NCBI GenBank assembly: GCA_951406725.2
Contig: OX597818.1
Location: 111,662,001 to 111,726,000, forward strand
Direction of reading: 5' to 3'
Source of the DNA: Octopus vulgaris
Lineage: Eukaryota
DNA: 64,000 nt
Numbering within the stretch: position 1 is the first letter of the stretch; each line of letters begins with the position of its first letter. The position numbers and the translations under genes are program-made. The notes below the pieces were generated by a model that did not search any database, was not told where the DNA came from, and was given only the letters and a program-made list of their open reading frames with translations. Below, one piece after another: positions 53,676 through 64,000 of this stretch.

Positions 53676-54049
53676 GCACACACACACATATATACACGGG
53701 CTTCTTTCAGTTTCCGTCTGTCGATTCCACTCGCAAGGCTCTGGTCGACCCACGCACTGGGAATGAACCTTCAACTTTGGGGTTAGGAAGCAAAATTGTT
53801 ACCCCACAGCCACGCCATCCGTAGATTTTAGTGGTCGCTTCCTTTAGAAGTTGATTCTAATTTTCAGATTCGTTCTATAAGCATGTAGTCTTTTAGAGTT
53901 TTCCTTGTGACCTGTGGCCATGCTGGAGCACCTATGTAGATAGACAGACAAGAAAATGCGCGATGTATGACAACTAAAGATTAAGGACTGTTTAATAGTG
54001 CAGACGTATTATCTATTGTTGGTGTTCTTGCAGATGTTGTTAACGATGG

Positions 54050-54083
<34 letters not shown>

Positions 54084-54677
54084 GAGGAAGGGGTGGAGGA
54101 GGGGAAGGAAGAAAAGCTTAGCTGCGTCTAAAGATTCATCCAATGGGCCCACGGTGAAAGCTATTGGCTCTGTGAACACCGTGTCACGTGCTCAGGAATT
54201 ATGGTTTTTGTCTGTTGTCGTTCGATAGTGGTTTTGACTGGTATTTCTAGCAGATAAAGCGACCTCACTGAACGACCACGTTAAGCAAATGCTTCGAGGC
54301 TCGAGCAAGCGATTGTCATGTTGTATAAAAATGATGATATTGACGTATACATGCGTGTGTGTGTGTATGTGTGTGTGTGTGTGTGTGTGTGTAAACGTTG
54401 GGGAGAGTGATAGAGAGAGTGAGAAAGTGAGTGAAACGACGAGAGAGAAAGGCATAGAGGGGACGAGAGAGGGGTAAGAGAGGCAGTAGGCGGTGGCGTT
54501 GTATAAAGTTCCTATATACATCGTTAGACAAAGAATAACAACGATGGTGGTGGTGGGAGCTAAATAATAAATAAACGAAGCAGTCAGTAAGAGAAAGACA
54601 GAGTAAGAGATGAAAAGAGTGACAGAAAGGAAGGAGAGGGATATATATATATAGAGAGAGGGGGAGTTATAGAAGCT

Positions 54678-54729
<52 letters not shown>

Positions 54730-55063
54730 GAGTGGAAGAGTCGTTTAAGCATTGCAGCAGTCTCTATGTGAATGTGAGCTGATGTTTAGCAACCGTCGTG
54801 CATGTTTTCGTATTGATTTCTGATTCAGGGCTTCCATGGTAAAGAAGACAGAAGCGAAGAGGTGGAAGGGAGAGGTGAGTGACATTCATGCACACCCTCC
54901 CCCCTTCCCCCACACTCCACAAAGTAAAAAATTTATCGCCTTTGGTGAAATTATTGCCACAATATTTAAATTTCTTTTCAAAATTTACACAAAGTTTATT
55001 AGTTTAAAAAATGTGCAGGAACGTCCATTCTCATATTTTGAGGAATCGCCATACATACATACA

Positions 55064-55141
<78 letters not shown>

Positions 55142-55212
55142 GTGATCTCTTGAGCACCACCAGCTCAAATATTTTTTCCTGTCTTCCCTTCTTGGGATCA
55201 TTCCTTCTCCTT

Positions 55213-55247
55213 GTTTCCGACGAAGAGCTCCGCTCGAAACGTTAAAC
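55213..55247 (+). ncRNA. Minimal 35-nt type I hammerhead, U4C variant
   Basis: GTTT CCGACGA A GAGC TCC GCTC GAAA CG TT AAAC, inside a TA-flanked element at about 55139-55355. Confidence 0.75.
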
Positions 55248-56164
55248 CCTCCTTCTCTTCTTTCCTGAGCGTCAATAATACTTTAATTGTTCCACGTCCT
55301 GCGTTGCTGTGTTTTTTTTCTCTTTTTTCTGTGTTTTCTTGTTTGGATTAACTTTATATATATATATATATAAGAGAGAGAGGGTACGTATCTGGCACGT
55401 GCCGTCAGTAATTACCCAGGGTAGGCAGTTGGTCACCTTTAATGTAGTAAAACGCACAAACGACTGAGTTGAAGGCAGGCCTATTTCTGCCTTTATAGAA
55501 CGTAAAACAAAAGTTGTCGTAGGAATGTACGCAGCACGTGTACTACAGCAATACTATGCGTAGCTTTAATGCAGAGATTGAAAGGCAGGGGCGAATTATG
55601 CCTACCTAGTCTACAAAAACATACAATATTTTGCATTTTATGCATAGTAATCAGCGTAACCTTCATAATTTTATTGAATTTGGTGGATATTTTGCCATGA
55701 GAGGAAACTGTTGCCATCGATCTATTTTATTCAAGGTAGGTACTACCTATCCTGGCGGCAGGTCCCTGGTATAGACATATTTTTAACGGTCAGTGATCTC
55801 TGGAATGAATGAGATTTTGTTAAGTTTAACCTTCTTGAGGAGGCATTAAGCACTGGCTTCAAATTTTTGCAGAAGGTCAGCAATTTCGAAGTAGGGAGTA
55901 AGTCAATTACATCAACACCAGGGTTTATTTTATTGACCACGAAAAAACGAAAGACGGACGAAATGCTGCTAAACATTTTGCTCGCTGCCTAAAGGTGTTG
56001 ATTAATTATTAATTAATTGTTAATAACAATTGATAATAACACAGAGGAGACATGCTCACCGTCATTCAGAGTTGATATTGCTTTCAGTGCCCCCGTGTGA
56101 GCCTTTCCACGGACACAATAGAAGAGGGAGACCGAGGTTGACATCGTGTATATATATGTGTATA

Positions 56165-56380
56165 TGTGTGTCTGTTTGCCAAACCCAAAATCTCCCACCC
56201 AACATCGCTTGAGAACCGATGCTGGTGTGTTTATGTCCCCGTAACTTAGCGGTTCTGCACAGGGGCCCGATAGAATAAGTACTATGCTTACAAATAATAA
56301 GTAATGGGGTCGATTTGCGCGACTATAGGCGGTGCTCCGGCATGGACGCAATCAAATAACTGAAACAAATAAAAGGATAT
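56165..56380 (+). mobile_element. SINE family A, 3' half
   Basis: Homology to the other copies. Confidence 0.8.
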
Positions 56381-56613
56381 AAGGATGTGTTTGTGTGTGT
56401 ATTTCCTGAACATGTATGTTGATACAAGTGATGTATGTGTGTGTGTGTGTGTGTGTGTAGCTATGCATGGAGCGTCATTTTGTAACCCAAAGTCCATATC
56501 AGCTGGTCTTGGATTTCTCTCAGCCATTTTTGACGCCGAGGACCTCGTACTGGATGAAGAATCAGGAGATGAAGATGAAATTCTTTTGAGCACTACTAAG
56601 GTGTTTACTATCC

Positions 56614-56775
56614 ATACCTATTTCTTTATTACCCACAAGGGGCTAAATACAGAGGGGACAAACAAGGACAGACATAGGTATTAAGTCGATTTACATCGAC
56701 TCCAGTGCGTAACTGGTACTTAATTTCTCGACCCCGAAAGGATGAAAGGCAAAGTCGACCTCGGCGGAATTGAAC
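56614..56775 (-). mobile_element. SINE family C with LINE-like tail
   Basis: Central domain plus tail CCCCTTGTGGGTAATAAAGAAATAGGTAT. Confidence 0.8.
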
Positions 56776-57392
56776 ACCGAGCACCTATCGTCTGCCAGCC
56801 CGAGGCCTGGGGCACCACCTTTTGCTCTGCTTACACTTTAACTAAACCTTCTCTGGTATGTGTGACATTTAGTGTATGAAGGGGTTTGAGGCTGCTGTCC
56901 TCATCTGTGTGTATGTATGCGTATGTATTAGAGAGATAGAGAGGAGTAGGGAGGAGGAGGAGGAGGAGGAGAAAGGCAGAGAGAAACACGTAAAGCGACT
57001 GACTGTGAAAATCAATGGGGAAAAAGCGGCAAAGCGTAGTAAAAAAACGGAGCTTGATGATAACGATGATGATGGTGATAATGAATGAATGATGGCGTTT
57101 GTGACGCATCATGCATGTTTATTTAATTACACACACAATCGCACACGCAAACACATACACACACACACAGGGGCGTGTGTGTGTGTGTGTATTTATGATA
57201 AATATGCAGGTAGGGGAGTAGGAAGAGGCGCATAAGGTCCCCAAGATAAAGGGAGAGGGGGAGAGTGAGTGAGGGAGAGAAAGAGAGTGAGAGTAAATGA
57301 GGTGGAGTAAGATGAATGAATGACAAGAGAAAGTGGAAGAGTGACAAAGAATGAAAGAGAGAGAGAAAGAGGGAATGACAGAGAGAGAGAGA

Positions 57393-57432
<40 letters not shown>

Positions 57433-57997
57433 GTATGTATGTATGTATGTATGTGTGTGCGTGTGCATGTGGTGTGTGTGTGTGTGTGTTTTTATAAATA
57501 ATATAATTTTTTTTGTATGGCAAGTAAAGGTCAAAATATGTATTAGGAACTGGTGTCGCTGTAGTGTCGATACAGCTGGCAGACCTACAGGCAGTCAGGC
57601 AGGCAGCCAGGCAGACAGACAGGCGAGCAGGCAAGCAGGCGGACAGGCAGACAGACTGACATGCAGCAGGCACCAGGCATGTCAGGTAAGACAAACAGAC
57701 AGCCAGCCAGCCAGTCTGACAGACTGACAGACTGACAGACTACTAATTTAACCAGCCATGATGTCAAGCAGGCAGACAATGCAGGCAGGCAGGCAGGCAG
57801 GCAGGCAGGCTGGCGGGCTGGCTGACTGGCGGGCTGGTTTGTGAGCCGGCAGGTGGGCGGGTTGGTCGGTTGGTAGGTTGTTTGAGGCAGAAAGAGAAGC
57901 AGTGATGTTGATACGGTGGAGGAGGGCTGGGCTTGATGGTAAACATGTGGGTGAAAAGGTACAAACGGATTCCAAGAGAGTGGGAGACGGATAGGTG

Positions 57998-58061
<64 letters not shown>

Positions 58062-59218
58062 GAGATAGATAGAGAGAGAGATAGATAGAGAGAGCGTGAT
58101 ACAGGGTGGGTGAAAGTGAGGGCGAGGCTGAAGGAGACTGCTTCCCCGCCACCACCAACATTGCTAAGCGAGGGTTGATATATATGTAAACAGAGGCAGA
58201 CAGACAGACGGACAGGCAAGCAGACGCACAGGCAAGCAGACGGACAGGCAAGTAGACGGACAGGCAAGCAGTTATACTGTCAAAGAAGAACATCGTCGGT
58301 GTGATGAAAGGGGCGGATAAACCAGACAAGCAAACAAACTGCCGGACAAACAGACAGACAAACGGTCCGACGACGGAGAGGCCGACAGACAGACGGACGG
58401 ACAGCAACGTACGGACAGACGGAAGCTGCCTGTTGCTATGTAGACAGACACGGGTATAAAACGACCGACCGACACACGGGAAGAGGGTCTCCGAATTTTT
58501 TTTTTTTTGGCCAAAACCCCACGTTTTCGGCAACGGAGATTCCGGAAAAATGTCAAAAATCGGTATTGAGGGTGGCGACGGGACTGTCCATGGAATGTGG
58601 GTGTTTTAGTGTGTGTGTATACATATGTTAGTGTGTGTGTATGTGTTTGTATGTATGCATGTGTGTGTGTGTGAGTTTGCAGAAAGTCTATGTGCGTCTG
58701 TGTGCATATGTATTTTGTGCGTAAGCGTGTATATAAACCTATAGTGAGCGGTGTATATTTACATTATGTACGCAGGTGTGCATGTATGTATATTTGTATG
58801 ATGAAGTGTGTATAAATATGGCCACGTGTATTTGTTGTGTATATTTTTATACTTGTATGTGACAGAGTATATATATTTTAATGTCTTTGAGTGTGTGTGT
58901 GCATGTGTGGTAAGAAGCATGCTTCCCAACTATGTTTCCGGGTTCAGTCCCACTGCGTGACACCTCGCGCACGTGCCTTCTACTATAGCCTCGGACCGAC
59001 CAAAGCCTTGTCAGTGGATTTGGTAGAGAATTATGGTTGTATAGCTTTTTTTAAAAGTCTAGAACTTATTTTATCGGTGTCTTTTTTCCGAACCGATATG
59101 TTGTGTGGACATAAACAATACAAAACAAACACATACACAAAGACACACACACAAAGACAGACACAAAGACTGACACAGACATATACACACACACACACAC
59201 ATTCATATAAATATGTGT

Positions 59219-59275
59219 CAGCCGAAATTGCGAGGATGATCCGGTTCTTGACTGAAGATTCGAGGCTTCGAATGA
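59219..59275 (+). ncRNA. 5'-truncated scrambled hammerhead (enzyme half only)
   Basis: CAGCC GAAA TTGC..ATCCGG T TCTTGA CTGAAGA..GAATGA; same family as 52620-52717. Confidence 0.55.
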
Positions 59276-59330
59276 CCCGTCCGTTTTTTGTGTCGTCTAT
59301 TTGAGTGTTTTGCGTTGTTGTCCCATTTTG

Positions 59331-59395
<65 letters not shown>

Positions 59396-59416
59396 TTATA
59401 TATATATATGCGTATA

Positions 59417-59453
<37 letters not shown>

Positions 59454-59534
59454 CAATTGCAGCGTGGAAGGTGTTTATAAGCCATTTAAGAAACACACAA
59501 AAGCCGTTCGATTCACTCCAACATTTAAGTTTAA

Positions 59535-59584
59535 TTTGTCAAAATATTTTCGTCGCTAAAATCCGCGACCTGTTCACTGACAAA
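59535..59584 (-). ncRNA. Minimal type I hammerhead, G3-C8 core variant
   Basis: TTTGTCA GTGAACA G GTCGC ggatttta GCGAC GAAA ATAT TT TGACAAA; 7-bp stem I, 5-bp stem II, palindromic stem III. Confidence 0.75.
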
Positions 59585-59626
59585 GTCCGTGCTACACGTA
59601 CATACATGTATGCGTGTGTGCCTGTG

Positions 59627-59666
<40 letters not shown>

Positions 59667-60224
59667 ACGGGAAGCTTTATGAAAATAGACAAAAGACGAA
59701 GGCAGGTGGAAAACAAACAAACAATTGTATTATATATATATATTTGTGTGTGTGTGTGTATGTGTGTGTGTGCGTGTGTGCGTGTGTGCGTGTGTGTGTG
59801 TGTGTGTGTGTATGAGTGTGTGTGTGCGTGCGTGTGTGTGAAAGAAAAAAGTGAAGAAATATGCAATCTGACAATGCGGTAAGTTTAAGAATGCTTAATA
59901 ATTTCGGTGCAAAGCCCATCCTCAGAAGAAAAGCTGTCTGGGAAATGTCATGTTGTAGAACCTGTATGGCTAAACTATGGATGCGCCATTGCGCCTGAAA
60001 TATAAGGATTTTATAAAAATTCCCGCATTGTCAGAAGCCTTCCTATCCCCCCCCTTTCCCCTCTCTTCTATATTACAGTGCTTCGATATGACAGTGCTAG
60101 AAATGCCAGTTGAATTCTCCCTCAAACTTCATTCCATCATCGGAAACAAAAATAAGGCAAGACCTAACAGCGGATAGTGATGTTCTAGCAGCACTATATT
60201 TTTAATTTTATTTATGCGGCCTTT

Positions 60225-60532
60225 TCAAGCATAGCCAGGCTCATGGGCCCTGTTTCCTGGTTTCTATGGCGTATGTGTTCCCCCCCCCAGCTGAACGGGA
60301 CGCCAGTCCATCGCAGCGTTACTCAAGAAACAGGAAGAAAGAGTGAGGGAAAGTTCGGACGAAAGAGTACAACAGGGGTGCCCTCAGCTCCTGTCAGAGC
60401 TTCGTGGAGCTTTAGGTGTTTTCGCTCAACAAACACACACAACGCCCGTTCTGACGCCCGGTCTAGGAATCGAAACCGCGATCCTCCGACCGCCAGTCCG
60501 CTGCCGTAACCACTGGGCCATTGCGTCTCCAC
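60225..60532 (-). mobile_element. SINE with family B head and a different 3' tail
   Basis: Head GTGGAGACGCAATGGCCCAGTGGTTACGGCAGCGGAC; diverges from family B after CTCACTCTTTCTTCCTGTTTCT. Confidence 0.75.
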
Positions 60533-61208
60533 AGCTGCACTATGCTTGAATAAAATTAGAAAAAAGGGCCGTCACGACTATAATGGGATTGCTTGTTATA
60601 TTTGTTTTTTGCTTTTTTTGTTGTTTTTTTTCGATCAGAGATGATCAAAACCCAAGTAAACACAAACGAGAAAAACAATGTATTCTGAGAAGGTCATTCT
60701 GCAAATAAATCACACGCACTGATTGTACTTAAATTTTTAATTAATTATCTAATTAATTAATTAGCGGATTAATTAAACGATTTTTCTTTCAGGCACATCT
60801 CTCATCTATTCAATAATTTTCATTCTTTTATCTCATATTTCTAAGCCTGTTTTTTTTTTATTTCTTAAATTTTTTTGGTAGTTCAGCTTTTTATGAGTAT
60901 AGACTTGTTGACGGGTTCCGCAAAATGCTTGTGTATAATTACATTCTAATTGAGGGGGTACTATGCAGTGCGTTTCTATGGTGGGAGGCCTTCAAGCGTG
61001 CAGGTGAAGAAGGGGGCGGGAACGTCTGTGTGTGCGTGGTGCGTGCGTGTATGTAGGAGTAGTGGGCTTTGTTTAAAGCCTGATCAATCGTGACTGAGCA
61101 GATCAATGATCAAAGACTTTCCAGTAAAGTGCGTTAACATTGCGGATGCATATGTGCGTGCAGGTCTGTACGACCGTGTCTACGTGTGCATGGACTATAT
61201 ATGTATAT

Positions 61209-61263
<55 letters not shown>

Positions 61264-61411
61264 CACCCACCCACACACACACACACACACATATATATAC
61301 ACCCACCCACCCACACACACACACATATATATATACCCCCCCATGCAAACACACACATATATATATATATATTCATTTAATTTTTCTAAAATTTAATTGT
61401 TTTCCATACTT

Positions 61412-61449
61412 ACAGTTGAAAAAGTCTCAATGACGGAAACCGGTACAGA
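61412..61449 (+). ncRNA. Decayed minimal hammerhead, U3-A8 variant
   Basis: ACAG TTGAAAA A GTC tcaat GAC G GAAA CCGG TA CAGA; stem I has two mismatches. Confidence 0.45.
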
Positions 61450-61527
61450 AATGTTTTTTATCAAATTATTTTAGCATTTTCTACCTTGACATTTTCTTCC
61501 ATATATATATATCAACTCATGCGATCC

Positions 61528-61605
<78 letters not shown>

Positions 61606-61608
61606 GAA

Positions 61609-61996
61609 GCGCAGCAGTGGCTGTGTGGTAAGAGGCTTCCTTACCAACTACATTGTTCAGGGTTCAGTCCCATTGCGTGGCACCTTGGGCATGTGTCTCC
61701 TACTATAGCCTCGGGCCGACTAAAGCCTTGTGAGTGGATTTGGTAGACGGAAACTGAAAGAAGCCCATCGTATATACAAATATATGTGTGTCTGTATTTG
61801 TCCCCCACCCACCATCGCTTGACAAAAGGTGTTGATGTGTTTATGTCTCCGTAACTTAGCGGTTCGGCAAAAGAGACCGGTAGAATGAGTACTAGGCTTA
61901 CAAAGAATAAGTCCTGGGGTCGATTTGTTCGACTAAAGGCGGTGCTGCAGCATGGCCGCAGTCAAATGACTGAAACATGTAAAAGAATAAAAGAAT
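61609..61996 (+). mobile_element. SINE family A, most complete copy
   Basis: Head, core, short internal microsatellite and tail ending AAAAGAATAAAAGAAT. Confidence 0.9.
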
Positions 61997-61998
61997 TT

Positions 61999-62046
<48 letters not shown>

Positions 62047-62594
62047 CAAGCACATACATACACATGCATTTGTACACACATATATGCACTGCATAAAGAT
62101 ATTTGCAATAAACTGCCGAAGACAAAATATATAAAATGAAATTGTAACGTAATAAAATACAAATACAAAATTATGATTGTCACTTAAATGACAGGCTTCA
62201 AAATCTGCGTGTGTTTGTGTGTGTGAGTATGCGTGAGTATTCGTGAGTGATTGTGTTGATGTGTGTTTGTGTTGGAGAGTATCTATTGAACTAAAATAGT
62301 ACAATGTAATGATTAACTCTGTTGAATTGAAGGACGTATGTCGATCAACTGCCTGTCTGACCCAGACGGTTTGGTAAATATGAACGATTTTAAGTCGTGT
62401 CAACTGCTGGGTTAAGGTCGAAGATGTTTTACGAATGACGAGCGGAGACGGAAGGGGGCAATGGCGGGAACACATGAAATGTAAGAAAGCTGTAACCATA
62501 GGGGGTAAGGACCAGACAGACATTGAGGGGCTCTAAGCGTGCACCTCTCACACAGGCAAATACTGGTACGTCATGCAATACAGTAATCCCTCGA

Positions 62595-62747
62595 AAATTC
62601 CGCCGGGGTCGACTTTGCCTTTCATCCTATCGGGGTCGATTAAACAAGTACCAGCTACGCACTGGAGTCGATGTAATCGACTTAATTCCTTTGTCTGTCC
62701 TTGTTTGTTACCTCTCTGTTTAGCCCCTTGTGGGCAATAAATAAATA
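62595..62747 (+). mobile_element. 5'-truncated SINE family C with 18-bp TSD, inserted into the TIR of a Tigger/pogo-like MITE
   Basis: TSD AATACA(G/A)TAATCCCTCGA at 62577-62594 and 62748-62765; the host continues CTACCGCGGG...GTTCCA...CGCGATAAGTGAAAATCCG. Confidence 0.75.
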
Positions 62748-62889
62748 AATACAATAATCCCTCGACTACCGCGGGTATTAAGTTCCAACACACCCTCCCC
62801 CCCTCGCGATAAGTGAAAATCCGTGAAGTAGAAACAGTATTGTACAGTACAGTTTTTTAAAAATCATTTTTTAGAATTTTACTATTTTA

Positions 62890-63080
62890 TTCTTTTACTT
62901 GTTTGAGTCATTTGACTGCGGCCATGCTGAAGCACCGCCTTCAGTCGAACGAATCAACCCCAGGACTTATTCATTAAGCGTAGTACTTATTCTATCGGTC
63001 ACTTTCACCGAACCGCTAGTTTAAGGGGACGTAAACACACCAACATCGGTTGTCAAGTGATGGTGGGGGGGAGACAAATA
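62890..63080 (-). mobile_element. SINE family A, 3' half
   Basis: Reverse-complement homology. Confidence 0.8.
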
Positions 63081-63509
63081 ATAATTTGAACTCAGAACAG
63101 AATTTGAACTCAGAAAGTAGCGGCAGACGAAATACCGCTTAGCATTTCATCCAGTGTGCTAACGGTTTGGTCACCTCATAGGTGGGGGGGGGGGGGGCGG
63201 CGGAAGATTACATCGAACCCAAGTATTTTACTGGTACTTATTTTATCCACCCTGAAAGGATAGCAGAACATCGCAGTACGAGTGCACCATTGTACGACTA
63301 ATTTACTGTACGAGCCGAGGCTCTTGCGAATTTTTGTCTTAAATTACGAGCAGAAATCTGCACTACAACAAACATACACAAATGGTCCCACTTTTAAGGT
63401 AATTCAGTTAATAAAACCAGCTTCCATATTTCTTTCGCATTCTCTCTTTTTTATAATTGTTATGTTACTTGTAGCTACATCTTTTCTGTATCTATATTTT
63501 AATATAAAT

Positions 63510-63593
<84 letters not shown>

Positions 63594-63733
63594 ACACATG
63601 CAAATGAAATTAAATCCGCATACGTGAACGTAAGTATTTGATGTACGATCGTGTTTTTGTCTCTTTGTCATTGCATACGTAAGCGCAAAACTAATGCGCA
63701 ACTAATGTGCGTGTGTATGTGAATGTGTGTGTG

Positions 63734-63765
<32 letters not shown>

Positions 63766-64000
63766 AGCGTACGTGTTTTACGTGCGTACATATGTACGTG
63801 AATGTGTTTTGTGACGTCAGATGACGCAGGAAACAACGAAATCGATGGCGTACTCGGCGGGGCCAGGATGGGGAGATCTAATAATGAAACGTAATAATTT
63901 AGAATTCGCTCCATTTGATCCTGGCGACGCCGCCGGTAGGGATAGTGGTGGCGGTGTAGACGTTGATGGCATTTGTATTATTTTTGTTGTTGCTGTTGTG

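Noticed and set aside
56462-56600. Short acidic/Ser-rich segment with a Kozak-like CAAAAATGG on the minus strand
   Set aside because: The frame runs into (CA)n after about 23 codons with no donor site; cannot support an exon.

Overview
AT-rich, microsatellite-saturated animal DNA. The SINE families match my recollection of Octopus (coleoid cephalopod) repeats; this is not database-checked. I find no convincing host protein-coding exon, so the window looks intronic or intergenic, and nearly all listed ORFs are translations of simple repeats. Supported content: (1) a young Penelope-like element (RT + GIY-YIG, probably Naiad-type) arranged as a 2.9-kb palindrome with 942-bp arms (45755-48629); (2) fragments of an L1/Tx1-type LINE and a CR1/L2-type LINE; (3) three tRNA-derived SINE families in dozens of copies; (4) two non-autonomous Helitrons and hAT/Tigger-type MITEs; (5) an unusually dense set of hammerhead-ribozyme motifs in short elements embedded in (TA)n. 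The top observation is a family of non-circularly permuted ('scrambled') hammerheads at 33966-34066, 48975-49070, 10515-10611, 52620-52717, 53112-53209 and 59219-59275. All core nucleotides are present but in a strand order matching none of types I/II/III, and the helices covary across divergent copies. The window also holds minimal type I hammerheads with C3-G8, G3-C8 and U3-A8 core pairs, and a tandem hammerhead pair flanking a 428-nt retrozyme-like unit. All structures were read by eye and no cleavage activity is demonstrated.
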